Part shown: piece after piece, positions 47,383 through 61,115 of the stretch
Position numbering within the stretch: position 1 is the stretch's first letter
How the letters are laid out: every line of letters starts with the position of its first letter
Source of the DNA: Macrostomum lignano
Taxonomy: Eukaryota
Assembly (NCBI GenBank): GCA_002269645.1
Contig: NIVC01000184.1
Span: forward strand, 558,001-622,000
Direction: 5' to 3'
DNA length: 64,000 nt
Program-made: the position numbers and the translations under genes
Notes under the pieces: model-generated
Seen by the model: only the letters and a program-made list of their open reading frames with translations
What the model was told of the DNA's origin: nothing
Database searches by the model: none

Positions 47383-47472
47383 CTGCAAGTTAAAATGAGC
47401 AGTCATTCGAGTTAAAAAACTTTGTAATTCTTTGAAGTACAAAGACTCGCAATATGAATTACGCCTGCTTAC

Positions 47473-47734
47473 AAGTGTAGTCTAGCCAACTGGCCTGAAG
47501 GAACAGAGTCTTCTTAGCCTCTTGAACCTTGGCATCGAGCCAGTTGCTACAGTCAGCCTCGTCTCGACTCGAATGAGATTCCTGATCGGCTCGGAAAATT
47601 GATTGCAGCATCTTCTCAACGATGCACTCAATATTGGCTCCTTCGAGATCCAGCAGCAGGGTGGCTTCCTTCAGAAAGCGTTCGATGTCTAAATTGGCAC
47701 GCACCTCGCTGCTGAAATCCTTCAGCGGTATCTT
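47473..47734 (-). CDS. SLC4A11: SLC4A11-like exon (cytoplasmic domain)
   Basis: KIPLKDFSSEVRANLDIERFLKEATLLLDL... Confidence 0.88.
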
Positions 47735-47825
47735 CTGTTGGAAGCGGTTTCCCAAAGGTTTTTGATATTATTGTTTTTTTCTATGCTTTACCTTGATTAT
47801 CTCACAGAAAGTTTGCAACACTTAC

Positions 47826-47864
47826 CTCCAGCCGTGACACAACCAGACAAGGTAGTGACTCATC
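47826..47864 (-). CDS. Candidate 39-nt microexon of the SLC4A11-like gene (MSHYLVWFVSRLE)
   Basis: ttacAG / GTAAG boundaries, phase 0/0, in frame with the next exon. Confidence 0.5.
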
Positions 47865-49884
47865 TGTAATGGCATAAAATAATTATTAGGATATTATAAG
47901 CTTGAACTGTAGTTCTTGGAAAAATCTAATTGAAATTGAATTCCACTTAACGAAATACATTCCCTCATATATAGTTATTGACTAAACATATTGGATACTT
48001 AAAAGCAATCAGAACCGCGGTCAAGTTCACCGTTGTATGAGGACGTAGCACTTAATTTCGCTTAAAGTAGGAACTATATTAAAGTTTGGTATCATTGCAT
48101 TGTCAATATCTAACCTTAAGGGCTTCAAATATTACATGCACTTCCTTGAATACATACGCTGATACATCCTTGAATCAGCGCAGGAAAAAAAATACATTTT
48201 GCTTCAATTTGCGCGTCTGCCTGACATTTTACAGTAGCATCTCTTTTCTGAATTTAATTCGATAAACTTGTCCGATGCGAAATCTTCCTATTAATAGTAG
48301 AAGGTTAGAAGTGTATTCCATCTTTCTTATAGTGGCTTCAAAGGTATTGTCCTTTGTGTTACCTCCTCATAAAACCGTAACTTCTAGTGGTCCTTGTTAA
48401 AAATTTTCAAACGTGATTTACACCGCATTTACTGTTACTCAATCTAGACGTCATTCTCTGCAGGCCTGCCGGAGGCTGGGCTGGCTGCAGTGAGTCGCCC
48501 CCAACAACTGCAACACCATCGAGACCGTCGCCATTCCATTCGATTGAGTAGTCGTCGCTGAGCACACTTTGCACTCGGTGGATTTCCATTTATTCCAAAG
48601 AATAATTCCGCGCTGTACAGCAGAAATGTGCAATTGCTAGAAGATGGCTATCTCTACAATCTTTATGCAATATGTTCAGAAAAGAATTCCCGGATGTCAA
48701 TTGCAAACCTTTTAAAAGCAGATTTCGCATTCTTGCCCTCTTTGATTGGTCGACCGGCTGCTTCTGAACAGAATGTTGTCTTCAGCCAATTGAAGCAAAA
48801 GTATTCCCATAAAGAGAGGTCTTGCTGCATGATTGAAGATCTAACTACTAGTGCACGTGGTCACGGTGGCACAGAGTGTACCTGCCTGACAGTTAGAAAA
48901 TCAGGCCCGCGGTACACCCTGCGTGAGCGTGTGTTATGAGTGCGTGCCCACGTGCAGTATTGGCGCTTGCATGTGCTCTCAGGAGTCAGCGAAATGGGCA
49001 GAACTGCCCCCCCCTCCAGCGCTGTATGGTTGTGGGCATATAGATCTCTAATTTGATACATACACATTCACACAGAAGTTTTTGACTTAGTGTCGCAAAG
49101 TACATCGTGCACTCAGCTCGTATAGAGCCCCCGATTGTAATCCAACAACTGTCAATTAAAGCAGATTAAAGGAAACGATAGCATGAGTAGGGCTAATAGA
49201 AATAGAAAGCTGATGTCATAAATAAAATGCGATAATGTTCGCAACTGCCTACTATTAACTACTATTTGTCAATAGTAGCGTGCTGCAAATATTAAAATGT
49301 TTTTTATATCAAGTTGCTTAATTTTTTGAGGCGTCGCTCTACACCTCAACTCATAGCAGCTCAAAACCTTGTGATCAGCTCACAGAAAGGATAGGGATGT
49401 TTCCTGAGAACAACGCAGTCAGAATCAGTCACATGATCCCTCTGTATGGGGAGAATATCCCACGAAAACATCCGCTTTTTGAAATCCAATATCGCCAAAA
49501 AAACCAGAAGTCAGACCAGCCATATCCGTCTTCTTTCATTTATTTTACCTCAAAGTCACGAATCTGGACTCTGTCCCGCCCACCTATTTGCAGAGAGCAC
49601 TGGCTGCCAAATCTATGCATGCGTGAAATGCCTGCTCAGTGTCGTCTCTTTCTACTTAAAGAATGACATGGAACACTGGAAGTTTGGCAGTTCAAGGCAG
49701 TTAGCTCATCAGCAGAGCTAACGTTTATTCGTTAGTTAGGTATCTGTTGATGCAGGGTTATGAGTGAATTATCAATTCTTGAATACAGAGAGGATATTTA
49801 GAGTGCAGATTTAGAGTAGAGAAGTAGAGTATTAATTTAACAAATGTCGCGAATTCGTTCACTTATTTTAGGGCGCATAAATAT

Positions 49885-49968
49885 TGGCAGACAGAGACTG
49901 AGAGGGAGAGAGAGGGAGAGAGAGGGAGAGAGAGGGAGAGAGAGGGAGAGAGAAGGAGAGAGAGAAGG

Positions 49969-49999
<31 letters not shown>

Positions 50000-50153
50000 G
50001 GGAGAGAGAGAGGGAGAGAGAGGGAGAGAGAGGGAGAGAGAAGGAGAGAGAGAAGGAGAGAGAGAGGGAGAGAGAGAGAGAGGGAGAGAGAGGGAGAGAC
50101 AGGGAGAGAGAGGGAGAGAGAGGGAGAGAGAGGGAGAGAGAGGGAGAGAGAGG

Positions 50154-50184
<31 letters not shown>

Positions 50185-50714
50185 AGAGAGAGGGAGAGAG
50201 AGAGGGAGAGAGAGGGAGAGAGAGGGAGAGAGAGAGAGAGAGGGAGGGAGAGGGAGAGAGAGGGAGAGAGAGAGGGAGAGAGAGAGGGAGAGAGAGAGGG
50301 AGAGAGAGAGGGAGAGAGAGAGGAGAGAGAGAGAGGGAGAGAGAGGGAGAGAGAGGGAGAGAGAGGGAGAGAGAGGGAGAGAGAGGGAGAGAGAGAGAGG
50401 AGAGAGAGGGAGAGAGAGGGAGAGAGAGAGAGAGAGAGAGGAGGGAGAGGGAGAGAGAGAGGGAGAGAGAGGGAGAGAGAGAGGGAGGGAGAGGGAGAGA
50501 GAGAGGGAGAGAGGTAGGGAGATCGAGAGAGAGGGAGAGAGAGGGGAGAGAGGGAGAGAGAGAGAGAGAGGAGAGAGAGGGAGAGAGAGAGGGGGAGAGA
50601 GGGAGAGAGAGAGAGAGAGGGAAGGAGAGGGAGAGAGAGGGAGGGAGAGGGAGAGAGAGGGAGAGAGAGAGGGAGAGAGAGGGAGAGAGAGAGGGAAAGA
50701 GAGGGAGAGAGAGG

Positions 50715-50745
<31 letters not shown>

Positions 50746-50835
50746 AGAGGGAGAGAGAGGGAGAGAGAGAGGGAGAGAGAGAGGGAGAGAGAGGGAGAGA
50801 GAGAGGGAAAGAGAGGGAGAGAGGAGAGAGACAGA
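49885..50835. repeat. Polypurine (GA/GGGA)n tract, ~950 bp
   Basis: Direct inspection. Confidence 0.95.
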
Positions 50836-51473
50836 GAGATTTCAAATAGTCATAATAAAATAATTCAGGATTCGTTTTGCAGCTGCAAAACGAAAAAAAG
50901 ATAGTTAACTAACTTTATATAGCGAAGCCTCATAGCCAAAGGAATCCCTTCATCATCTTTTGAAGTTCATTCTTGCATCTCTCATTTTTATGCTTAGATA
51001 TTCGTTTCATTTTATCCAGTCTCCCTTGCTTCCCCGCTCCTCTCCGGCCCCAGGAAGTGCGGCCGGGTCGGCAGGGTGATGTTTTACCGGACCACTCGGC
51101 AAGCTCAGCCACCCGTGCTCTGCTCGAGTTTCTTATCCCTAGACCCCGGGGGTCGAGCCTAGCAACTACAAGCGACGATTTATAGTTATAAATGAAGACT
51201 TACTCTCTTAGCTAAGGCAGGTGAAAGTCAGAATAAGTTGGGCCATCCCTCAGTGTCGGACTCAATAGAGTATTATAAATTTGACGACTTGCTTCCTTCA
51301 CTTTTCTAGAATGCCCCCGTCGCGTCGCCTTCACTTTCCGTCCAGAATCTCAGCTCTTCCTGGCTTGCCTCATCAACAGGCCACGCCGAGCTTCAAATAG
51401 GAAATGCGTGGGTTGGGACTGCGCTTGCTTGTTTGAAAGCTTCTCTTTGCTGCAAATTTTATTTGCCGCCTTC

Positions 51474-52485
51474 GGGATCTCGGATCTCTGATCGGGATCT
51501 CTGATCGGGATCTCTGATCGGGATCTCTGATCGGGATCTCTGATCGGGATCTCTGATCGGGATCTCTGATCGGGATCTCTGATCGGGATCTCTGATCGGG
51601 ATCTCTGATCGGGATCTCTGATCGGGATCTCTGATCGGGATCTCTGATCGGGATCTCTGATCGGGATCTCTGATCGGGATCTCTGATCGGGATCTCTGAT
51701 CGGGATCTCTGATCGGGATCTCTGATCGGGATCTCTGATCGGGATCTCTGATCGGGATCTCTGATCGGGATCTCTGATCGGGATCTCTGATCGGGATCTC
51801 TGATCGGGATCTCTGATCGGGATCTCTGATCGGGATCTCTGATCGGGATCTCTGATCGGGATCTCTGATCGGGATCTCTGATCGGGATCTCTGATCGGGA
51901 TCTCTGATCGGGATCTCTGATCGGGATCTCTGATCGGGATCTCTGATCGGGATCTCTGATCGGGATCTCTGATCGGGATCTCTGATCGGGATCTCTGATC
52001 GGGATCTCTGATCGGGATCTCTGATCGGGATCTCTGATCGGGATCTCTGATCGGGATCTCTGATCGGGATCTCTGATCGGGATCTCTGATCGGGATCTCT
52101 GATCGGGATCTCTGATCGGGATCTCTGATCGGGATCTCTGATCGGGATCTCTGATCGGGATCTCTGATCGGGATCTCTGATCGGGATCTCTGATCGGGAT
52201 CTCTGATCGGGATCTCTGATCGGGATCTCTGATCGGGATCTCTGATCGGGATCTCTGATCGGGATCTCTGATCGGGATCTCTGATCGGGATCTCTGATCG
52301 GGATCTCTGATCGGGATCTCTGATCGGGATCTCTGATCGGGATCTCTGATCGGGATCTCTGATCGGGATCTCTGATCGGGATCTCTGATCGGGATCTCTG
52401 ATCGGGATCTCTGATCGGGATCTCTGATCGGGATCTCTGATCGGGATCTCTGATCGGGATCTCTGATCGGGATCTCTGATCGGGA
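51474..52485. repeat. Near-perfect 13-bp satellite (GGGATCTCTGATC)n, roughly 77 copies
   Basis: Direct inspection. Confidence 0.97.
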
Positions 52486-53019
52486 TATTTTTCTTTCCTA
52501 CAGGCTGTATGCAATGCTGCATAGCAACCAGACAAGCAGCTCTTGTCAGAAATACACTCCTATCCCCATGAATAATTCAGCTGCCATCGTGAACAAATGG
52601 ACTCCCTGTCAAGCGATTGATACGTATGAACGAGCTAAAAGCATTTCGCTTGCATGTATAAATTTCTAGATTGTATCATCCGCTCAATAATGCAGCTCTG
52701 TAATGTGCTTGAGCTGAGATCAAAGCGAATAGTAACAGAAATGTTTTAAAACACTCGACACTGTCCTGTATGCATAGCTGGTGGCTGATTCGCACACTGC
52801 AAGTTAATTTTGCTGGGAAACAAAATTTTGTGTAAGTTAATCTTCGCTCGCAAACTCATACATTATCATAAACTGACGAAATCAAGAACTCATTCATTCA
52901 TCAATTCGCCCATGAACTCATGCAGTTCATAATTCGCAATTCATATACACTATACATTAGACCACTCGTCAACTCACATAAACTAAAAAAATCATTAAAA
53001 AATTAATTCGTGAATTCAT

Positions 53020-54110
53020 AAGCTAATGAACTCATAGACACAAACTCATGAACTCATAAACTCATAAACTCATGAACTCATAAACTCATAAACTCATGAA
53101 CTCATAAACTCATAAACTCATAAACTCATAAACTCATAAACTCATAAACTATAAACTCATGAACTCATAAACTCATGAACTCATAAACTCATAAACTCAT
53201 GAACTCATAAACTATAAACTCATGAACTCATAAACTCATGAACTCATAAACTCATAAACTCATGAACTCATAGACACAAACTCATGAACTCATAAACTCA
53301 TAAACTCATGAACTCATAAACTCATAAACTCATGAACTCATAAACTCATAAACTCATAAACTATAAACTCATGAACTCATAAACTCATGAACTCATAAAC
53401 TCATAAACTCATGAACTCATAAACTATAAACTCATGAACTCATAAACTCATGAACTCATAAACTCATAAACTCATGAACTCATAAACTCATAAACTCATA
53501 AACTCATAAACTCATAAACTCATAAACTATAAACTCATGAACTCATAAACTCATAAACTCATAAACTCATAAACTCATGAACTCATAAACTCATGAACTC
53601 ATAAACTCATAAACTCATGAACTCATAAACTCATAAACTCATAAACGCATAAACTAATAAACTCATAAACTCATAAACTCATAAACTCATAAACTCATAA
53701 ACTCATAAACTCATAAACTCATGAACTCATGAACTCATGAACTCATGAACTCATAAACTCATAAACTCATGAACTCATGAACTCATAAACTCATAAACTA
53801 ATGAACTCATAAACTCATGAACTCATAAACTCATAAACTCATGAACTCATAAACTCATGAACTCATAAACTCATAAACTCATGAACTCATAAACTCATAA
53901 ACTCATAAACTCATAAACTCATAAACTCATAAACTCATAAACTTATAAACTCATGAACTCATAAACTCATAAACTCATAAACTCATAAACTCATAAACGC
54001 ATGAACTCATAAACTCATGAACTCATGAACTCATAAACTCATAAACTCATAAACTCATAAACTCATGAACTCATAAACTCATAAACTCATAAACTCATAA
54101 ACTCATAAGC
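53020..54110. repeat. 8-bp satellite AACTCAT(A/G) with 7-bp variants
   Basis: Direct inspection. Confidence 0.95.
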
Positions 54111-54206
54111 TCACAATATTATTAGCTATAATTTCATAATCTCGTTCACTCATAATCACTCATCAAACCATGCTCGCAGAACTCACCAACTCATTCAATC
54201 ACTCAC

Positions 54207-54602
54207 CGTCAAGAAATTCTTCCAGATAGTCTCCAAACTCCGCCCTGCTCCCGTCCTGATCGAACTGCTGCAGCGCCATCAAAATCGAAGTTCGCCTAGT
54301 GATGCTTAGCGACAAGCTGCTGTTGCGACCTCTGGGCTGCAAGAACGGACTGCTGCTTGCTTGGAACATTGGACTGGACGAGCCTCCCACAAGACTCGGC
54401 CTGGGCGTCGGGCTTGGCGGCGGCATCAAGCTGGCCGCCTCATCGCCGAAGCCTTCAGCTGGTCGGACGGATTCTGGGCGATGATGATTCAGCTGAGGAT
54501 TCTCGTCTATCGATGTCAAAGCCATGCTCTCCGAGACTGTTGGATTTTTGTTTCTCAGCAAGCTTGCCTCTTTTTCTCTAATAACCGACCGAAGCTTGCC
54601 GG
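54207..54602 (-). CDS. Candidate upstream exon (disordered Ser/Pro-rich N-terminal extension)
   Basis: Protein-like ORF bounded by gcAG and GTGAGT, phase 1/1. Membership of the transporter gene is inferred from strand and position only. Confidence 0.5.
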
Positions 54603-55009
54603 CTGCTCGCTTAATTTTAAACAAGAGAGGGTTGGGGATGGAGGCCCAGCCGGGTCTGGGGAGGCTGCAAGCTCTGCGCGAATGGGAGAATAAAGATGAA
54701 GTGCAGGCTGGATGGCATAGGAAGACGAATGACTGATGAAGGAAAGTCTCTCTGTCTGTCGTCTCTTTATAATTGTCGGGACTAGGAAATAATTAATTTC
54801 AGGGCTGATTTGAATAAATATGCCAGTGGATGCACATGCACTATATGTAAATATATTCATAAAATTTTAATCATTGCTGCGTCGTTTGACAGGTGCGGGT
54901 TTAAAGTGAGCCTGGAGGAGAGGGGCATCAAGGAGAGGGAGGGTGAAGCTTTGAATTACTTTTTAGATTAGGGCTTCTCCGATCGATGCAGAAACATAAA
55001 ATGACTCAT

Positions 55010-55975
55010 CATAGCACCACTGATGACTCTCATTTTAGCGCCACTGATGACTCTCATTTTAGCGCCATTGATGACTCTCATTTTAGCGCCATTGATGACT
55101 CTCATTTTAGCGCCAGTGATGACACTCAGTTTAGCGCCTTAGCGCCCATGATGACACTCAGTTTAGCGCCACTAATGACACTCAGTTTAGCGCCACTGAT
55201 GACACTCAGTTTAGCGCCACTAATGACACTCAGTTTAGCGCCTTAGCGCCACTGATGACACTCAGTTTAGCGCCAGTGATGACACTCAATTTAGCGCCAT
55301 TGATGACACTCAATTTGGCGCCAGTGATGACTCTCATTTTAGCGCCAGTGATGACTCTCATTTTAGCGCCACTAATGACACTCATTTTAGCGCCACTAAT
55401 GACACTCAGTTTAGTGCCTTAGCGCTACTGATGACACTCAGTTTAGCGCCACTGATGACACTCAGTTTAGCGCCACTAATGACACTCAGTTTAGCGCCAC
55501 TGATGACACTCAGTTTAGCGCCACTAATGACACTCAGTTTAGCGCCTTAGCGCCACTGATGACACTCAGTTTAGCGCCACTGATGACACTCAGTTTAGCG
55601 CCAGTGATGACTCTCATTTTAGCGCCAGTGATGACTCTCATTTTAGCGCCACTGATGACACTCAGTTTAGCGCCACTAATGACACTCATTTTAGCGCCAC
55701 TGATGACACTCAGTTTAGCGCCTTAGCGCCACTGATGACACTCAGTTTCGCGCCACTAATGACACTCAGTTTAGCGCCACTGATGACACTCAGTTTAGCG
55801 CCAGTGATGACTCTCATTTTAGCGCCAGTGATGACTCTCATTTTAGCGCCACTAATGACACTCATTTTAGCGCCACTAATGACACTCAGTTTAGCGCCTT
55901 AGCGCCACTAATGACACTCAATTTAGCGCCATTGATGACACTCATTTTAGCGCCACTGATGACTCTCACTTATAA
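55010..55975. repeat. 23-bp satellite ttagcgccactgatgacactcag(t)
   Basis: Direct inspection; occasional 8-bp ttagcgcc stutters. Confidence 0.95.
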
Positions 55976-56504
55976 TGTAATCAATGCAGTTTAGGTCAGA
56001 ACAAACCACTGTATTGCAGAGGCTACTTATATAACTGAATTCTAGTACTATGATTTCGGTCAAGACGAGGCCGTCAACCCTGAGTGCACCGGAAAGGAGA
56101 CAACAGTGCACCCAATGGCGAAATTCAGTTAAAGATTGACCATCGCTCTAAATGCAGCCATTCTTGGGTTCGCCCTGTCAGCTCTGTTACTGTGGACTAT
56201 ATTTGCATTGCCTTCATCGCGTCTCAAGGGAGGGACGCGATGTAGCTATAGGGTTTGAGTAGGAGTAGGCTAGCTGGCTGGCGAGGACTTTGCTTAATCC
56301 AATCCATTTTAGTGTCTTAGCGGGCGGCTCGCTTAAGTTGACCTTCAAGACGCTTTATCGTTAAAGTGGTTGGGCTGGCCTCTCTTATCTCCCCCTCCTG
56401 TCGTTTGTGTCACTCCTCACTGTCTCCTGCGTCTGCACTAGCTCTCATCTCCGTTCTCTCACTGTTCTCTCCTATCTTAAAGAGAATTCTCCCGGCTCTC
56501 GTCT

Positions 56505-57340
56505 TCAGCATCTCTGATTGTCTCATCTCTGATTGTCTCATCTCTGATTGTCTCATCTCTGATTGTCTCATCTCTGATTGTCTCATCTCTGATTGTCTCA
56601 TCTCTACTTCTCTTCTCTGATTGTCTCATCTCTGATTGTCTCATCTCTGATCGTCTCATCTCTGATTGTCTCATCTCTGATTGTCTCATCTCTGATTGTC
56701 TCATCTCTGATTGTCTCATCTCTGATTGTCTCATCTCTGATTGTCTCATCTCTGATTGTCTCATCTCTGATTGTCTCATCTCTGATTGTCTCATCTCTGA
56801 TTGTCTCATCTCTGATTGTCTCATCTCTGATTGTCTCATCTCTGATTGTCTCATCTCTGATTGTCTCATCTCTGATTGTCTCATCTCTGATTGTCTCATC
56901 TCTACTTCTCTTCTCTGATTGTCTTATCTCTACTTCTCTCATCTCTACTTCTCTCATTTCAAATTATCGCATCTCTAATTCTCGCATCTCTACTTCCCTG
57001 ATCGCTACTTCTCCGATCTCAAGTTCATTCATCTCTGATTTTCTCATCTGTACTTCTCTCATCTCTGACTGTCTTATCTCTACTTCTCTCATCTCTGATT
57101 CTCTCATCTCTAATTCTCGCATCTTCAATTCTCTCATCTCCATTTGTCTTTACTTCTCTAATTCTAATCCAATCCTCTCATATCTAATTCTCTCATATTT
57201 ACATGTAATTCTCATCTCTACTTCTTTTATCTCTAATTCTCTCATGTCTACTTCTCTCATATCTAATTCTCTCATATCTAATTCTCTCATCTCTCGATAT
57301 TTTATCTCTAATTATTTTATCTCTAGCAATCTTATCTCCA
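56505..57340. repeat. 15-bp satellite ctcatctctgattgt decaying into CT-rich sequence
   Basis: Direct inspection. Confidence 0.92.
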
Positions 57341-57779
57341 ATCTACTATTCCCAAATCATCCAAGCCCTTAATATCAAAGTGATGTTTTCAAAACAGCCT
57401 CTCTCAAAGTACACTCAAGTCTCGAGTATCCATAGAAGTTCCTAACTTGTGGGACCTCACACGAAGCACTAACGAATTGAGGGTGTGAAGCACAACAGCC
57501 TGTTGCTCTCTTGTGAGCTTTTGAGATGAAGAAATGGCGAGAAATTTCTCAACATTGTTGACACACCGTGCGGCAACCTGAGTGATTTTCCTTGCTGGGC
57601 TAAGCCCCGCTCCCCTCCCTGAGGAGTGCAATTGAATTCCCGTGCTATGAATCTGTAAATTCTAGGCGTATATCAGATAGCTGCTGAGTTTCCGTTTTTT
57701 ACTTGCTTTGTTCTGCTTCCAGTAGCACTGTCCTGTCTCTATTTGTCTCTATGCTTCTTGATATTTCCTCTTTCTTATT

Positions 57780-58250
57780 TCTCGTCTCTCTTACCTCTCT
57801 TATTTCTCATTTCTTATCTCTCTCATCTCTAATCTCTAATCTCTCTTATCTCTCTCATCTCTCTAATCTCTCATCTCTCTAATCTCTAATCTCTCTAATG
57901 TCTCATTTCTTTTGTCTCTCCCATCTCTCTCATCTCTCTCATCTCTCTCATCTCTCCCATCTCTCTCATCTCTCCCATCTCTCCTATCTCTCCCATCTCT
58001 CCCATCTCTCTCATCTCTTTCATCTCTCTCATCTCTCTCATCTCTCTCATCTCTCTCATCTCTCCCATCTCTCTCATCTCTCCCATCTCTCTCATCTCTC
58101 CCATCTCTCCCATCTCTCTCATCTCTTTCATCTCTCTCATCTCTCTCATCTCTCTCATCTCTCCCATCTCTCTCATCTCTCCCATCTCTCTCATCTCTCC
58201 CATCTCTCTCATCTCTCTCATCTCTCTCATCTCTCTCATCTCCATCATCA
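57780..58250. repeat. 9-bp satellite catctct(ct/cc)
   Basis: Direct inspection. Confidence 0.92.
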
Positions 58251-58647
58251 TCGCGTTTCTCCTGCCTATTGAAAATTGAGCTACACTTCCATCATCAATT
58301 CTTTAATCCCTCTCTTTTTTCTCTCCGCTCTTTTCATTCCGACTGTCCAAAAGCAGGCCTGCTTATCTTTTCCCGATCTTTTGTTTAAACCGCTTCACTG
58401 TTTTCGACAGAGTCAGTGCCTCGAGCGACTTGATTGAAGTCCCATCAAGGCATTCACCATCAGATTATAATTAATCTGTTATTTACAGTGGCGGGCCTTG
58501 ATCCTCAAATTATACCCATCTAGCCTGCATGACTGTTTAAAGGGTGTGGCAGGCATTCGAAAACGCTTTTTGCCTTGTTTCCAAACGATAGCAAAAAGCA
58601 TGCAACGTCATTTGATAAAATTTTAGAATGCTCTTTAAGATCATGTA

Positions 58648-59065
58648 CAAGGGATCTGAGATAAACTTGAAAGGATCTGAGATAAACTTGAAGGGATCTG
58701 AGATAAACTTGAAAGAATCTGAGATAAACTTGAAGGGATCTTAGATAAACTTGAAAGGATCTGAGATAAACTTGAAGGAATCTTAGATAAACTTGAAGGG
58801 ATCTAAGATAAACTTGAAGGGATCTTAGATAAACTTGAAAGGATCTGAGATAAACTTGAAAGGATCTGAGATAAACTTGAAAGGATCTGAGATAAACTTG
58901 AAGGGATCTGAGATAAACTTGAAGGGATCTAAGATAAACTTGAAGGGATCTTAGATAAACTTGAAAGGATCTGAGATAAACTTGAAAGGATCTGAGATAA
59001 ACTTGAAAGGATCTGAGATAAACTTGAAGGGATCTGAGATAAACTTGAAGGGATCTGAGATCTGA
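58648..59065. repeat. 21-bp satellite ggatctgagataaacttgaa(a/g)
   Basis: Direct inspection. Confidence 0.93.
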
Positions 59066-59450
59066 GTTCTTTTCAATTTCAGCAGAGAATGATTTCGAGA
59101 ATTCCCCCCCTAAGGGATTTGATGAAAATTGCCTAAATTTTCTGGGAACACGATCTCATTGGGAGGTCTAGGGCGGCGAGAACAAGCGACAGAGAGATAT
59201 ATTGCAGGTGATTGTTACACCTGTGTACTTTTATGCTTGACTGGAGTAAAATATTTGCTTTCAGGGGCATGCGAGATAGCTGTTGTCAGTAAATTTTGTT
59301 TAAACTGAAGAGAAATTGTCATGATGAGCTTGCAGCCAGCTTTTTCATTAATTTAAGTCTAACCTGTAGCTTAATGTTAAACTAGTATAATTGCCGGTAT
59401 GGTGCCAGTAGCAAAACAGAGGTTAAACTATTATATCACCAGAAGTTGTG

Positions 59451-59760
59451 AGCACCCTGGCGCACTTTAAGCGACATAGGCACACAACCGGCGAGAGGCA
59501 TTACTGCCCATTTCGCCGACTCCCCTGAGCAGGCACACAAGCGCGCGGATACGTACGCAGGCACACACTCACACAGGAGTGTACAGCGGCCCTAACTTTA
59601 TTTATCGTTAGGCATGTACACTTCACTGCGCCTTGGGGGGTTGGCCCTCAAGACCGTTAATTGCACGAGCAGAGCCAAGCCGAGATTCCAATTCAGCCCC
59701 AAATTAATGTGACTGCACTTGGAATCGAGCCTGGGCCGCTGGCTACTGGGCTACGGCTCC
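59451..59760 (-). mobile_element. tRNA-derived SINE copy with a deletion in the head
   Basis: Nearly identical body to the 34560-34903 copy. Confidence 0.85.
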
Positions 59761-61115
59761 CTTAAATGCAGATTAATAAAAGATTAATCTAAAAACTCTG
59801 GCTATAAAAGTACGTTAGAAAGAAAGTAGCATAGCTGGAACATGTATGCCCTTAAATAAAATCGATAAAATTGAAAAATACAATTAAATTTTGGAGCAGC
59901 AGCTCAGGAAGTTAATATTCTTAATCATGAAATTATAACGTTTAACAGTCTACTTATCAGTAGAGGAATAGAATATCTTGCGATTCGAAAATACCCATCA
60001 AGTTGCACCTGTGCCATTTTACGAGTAATTGCATGGATCGGTACTGCCTCACACAGTGTTATGAGGGTGATGACTTTTCACAGCTGGCGAGCTCTGTCAC
60101 CTTAGTTGTTGGTTTGCAATAAGTCCAATCAACATGGCTGGATACATAAAACCTGTATAAGCTGTAGTGAGCATCAAGTACTTTTCACGAGGGAATTGAT
60201 TTTTCCGTTGTAGAAAACGCGCCTCACGCCTGAGGAGAAATGACTTGCAAAAAGCAACACAGAGTGGGGATTTCACGGCCGCACAAGCATATGCATTACA
60301 GCTGTCCAGCTACAGTTGTTGGAAGGGGCTTAATTCCGTCAAATCTGCCGCGCGCTAATCCTTGTAAGCTTACACCAACTATACCCCGCAGCTGCTGAAC
60401 AATACTTGACGCTTGGCTGATCAGGTACAGATGCGAGCTGGATAAAACGCACACGTCGTGACTTATTTACACTTGACGGGGCAGACAGACAGACTTTCTT
60501 TTCAAGTCAGTCAGTCAGTCGCTAGGGTGGAGCAACACACAATCTGCAGGTACAGGGAACAGTCAATTAGGGCAGATGAGCTCTGGGCGGAGCGCGTGCG
60601 CAAGCTTTCGAGACCGAGACGCAGGGGAGTTTTGACACACATTAATTGTAAGGTATATACGTAGCGAAAAGATTCTTTGGTAAAGCTAACAATTTTCTTG
60701 CAGTTTTCTTTCAAGCCGAATTGTATAGTACTATAAGTAATATCTTTCATTAATTTACGCCATTCCCTCAGAAGCGTCGAGCCCGAGCGTATGCATTTCT
60801 TCCAAAAACTGACGAACTTAGATTTCATTGTAAACAGAGGTTTTCTTTTAAACTGAAGTTCTTTAACGTTCGCTGTTGAATTAACTTAAAATAAAACGAA
60901 ATGAACCTAAGATCTGGACATCTAAACTTGTGTCCCAAAAAAGAAGAACACTTTCTACTTTAACTGTGAGTAAATCGCATATAAACCTGTAACTTGACAG
61001 TATTGCAGTAAATATTCGCTGGTGACAGCATTTCCGGAGTGAAAAGTTATACTCTTTGAGACTTGCTTTGTATAGCCAAAGGCAAATATTTTTCGAACTA
61101 TCCGCAACAACTCAC

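Noticed and set aside
49844-50863. RE-rich and SL-rich ORFs
   Set aside because: GA microsatellite artefacts.
51350-52535. 390-aa and 358-aa ORFs of repeated SEIPIRDPDQRSR
   Set aside because: A 13-bp satellite read through; it is intronic, with no unique coding flanks.
57404-57631. 75-aa minus-strand ORF as a transporter exon
   Set aside because: No homology recognised and no convincing splice-site pair.
56366-58388. MRQSE, RDETI, MRE and SHL repeat ORFs
   Set aside because: 15-bp and 9-bp satellite artefacts.
5172-59065. Regular 13-23 bp arrays as possible CRISPR arrays
   Set aside because: The units are contiguous with no unique spacers, there are no cas genes, and the context is eukaryotic and spliced.
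60511-60828. 105-aa minus-strand ORF or small exon
   Set aside because: Could not be placed in phase with neighbouring exons and is unrecognisable.
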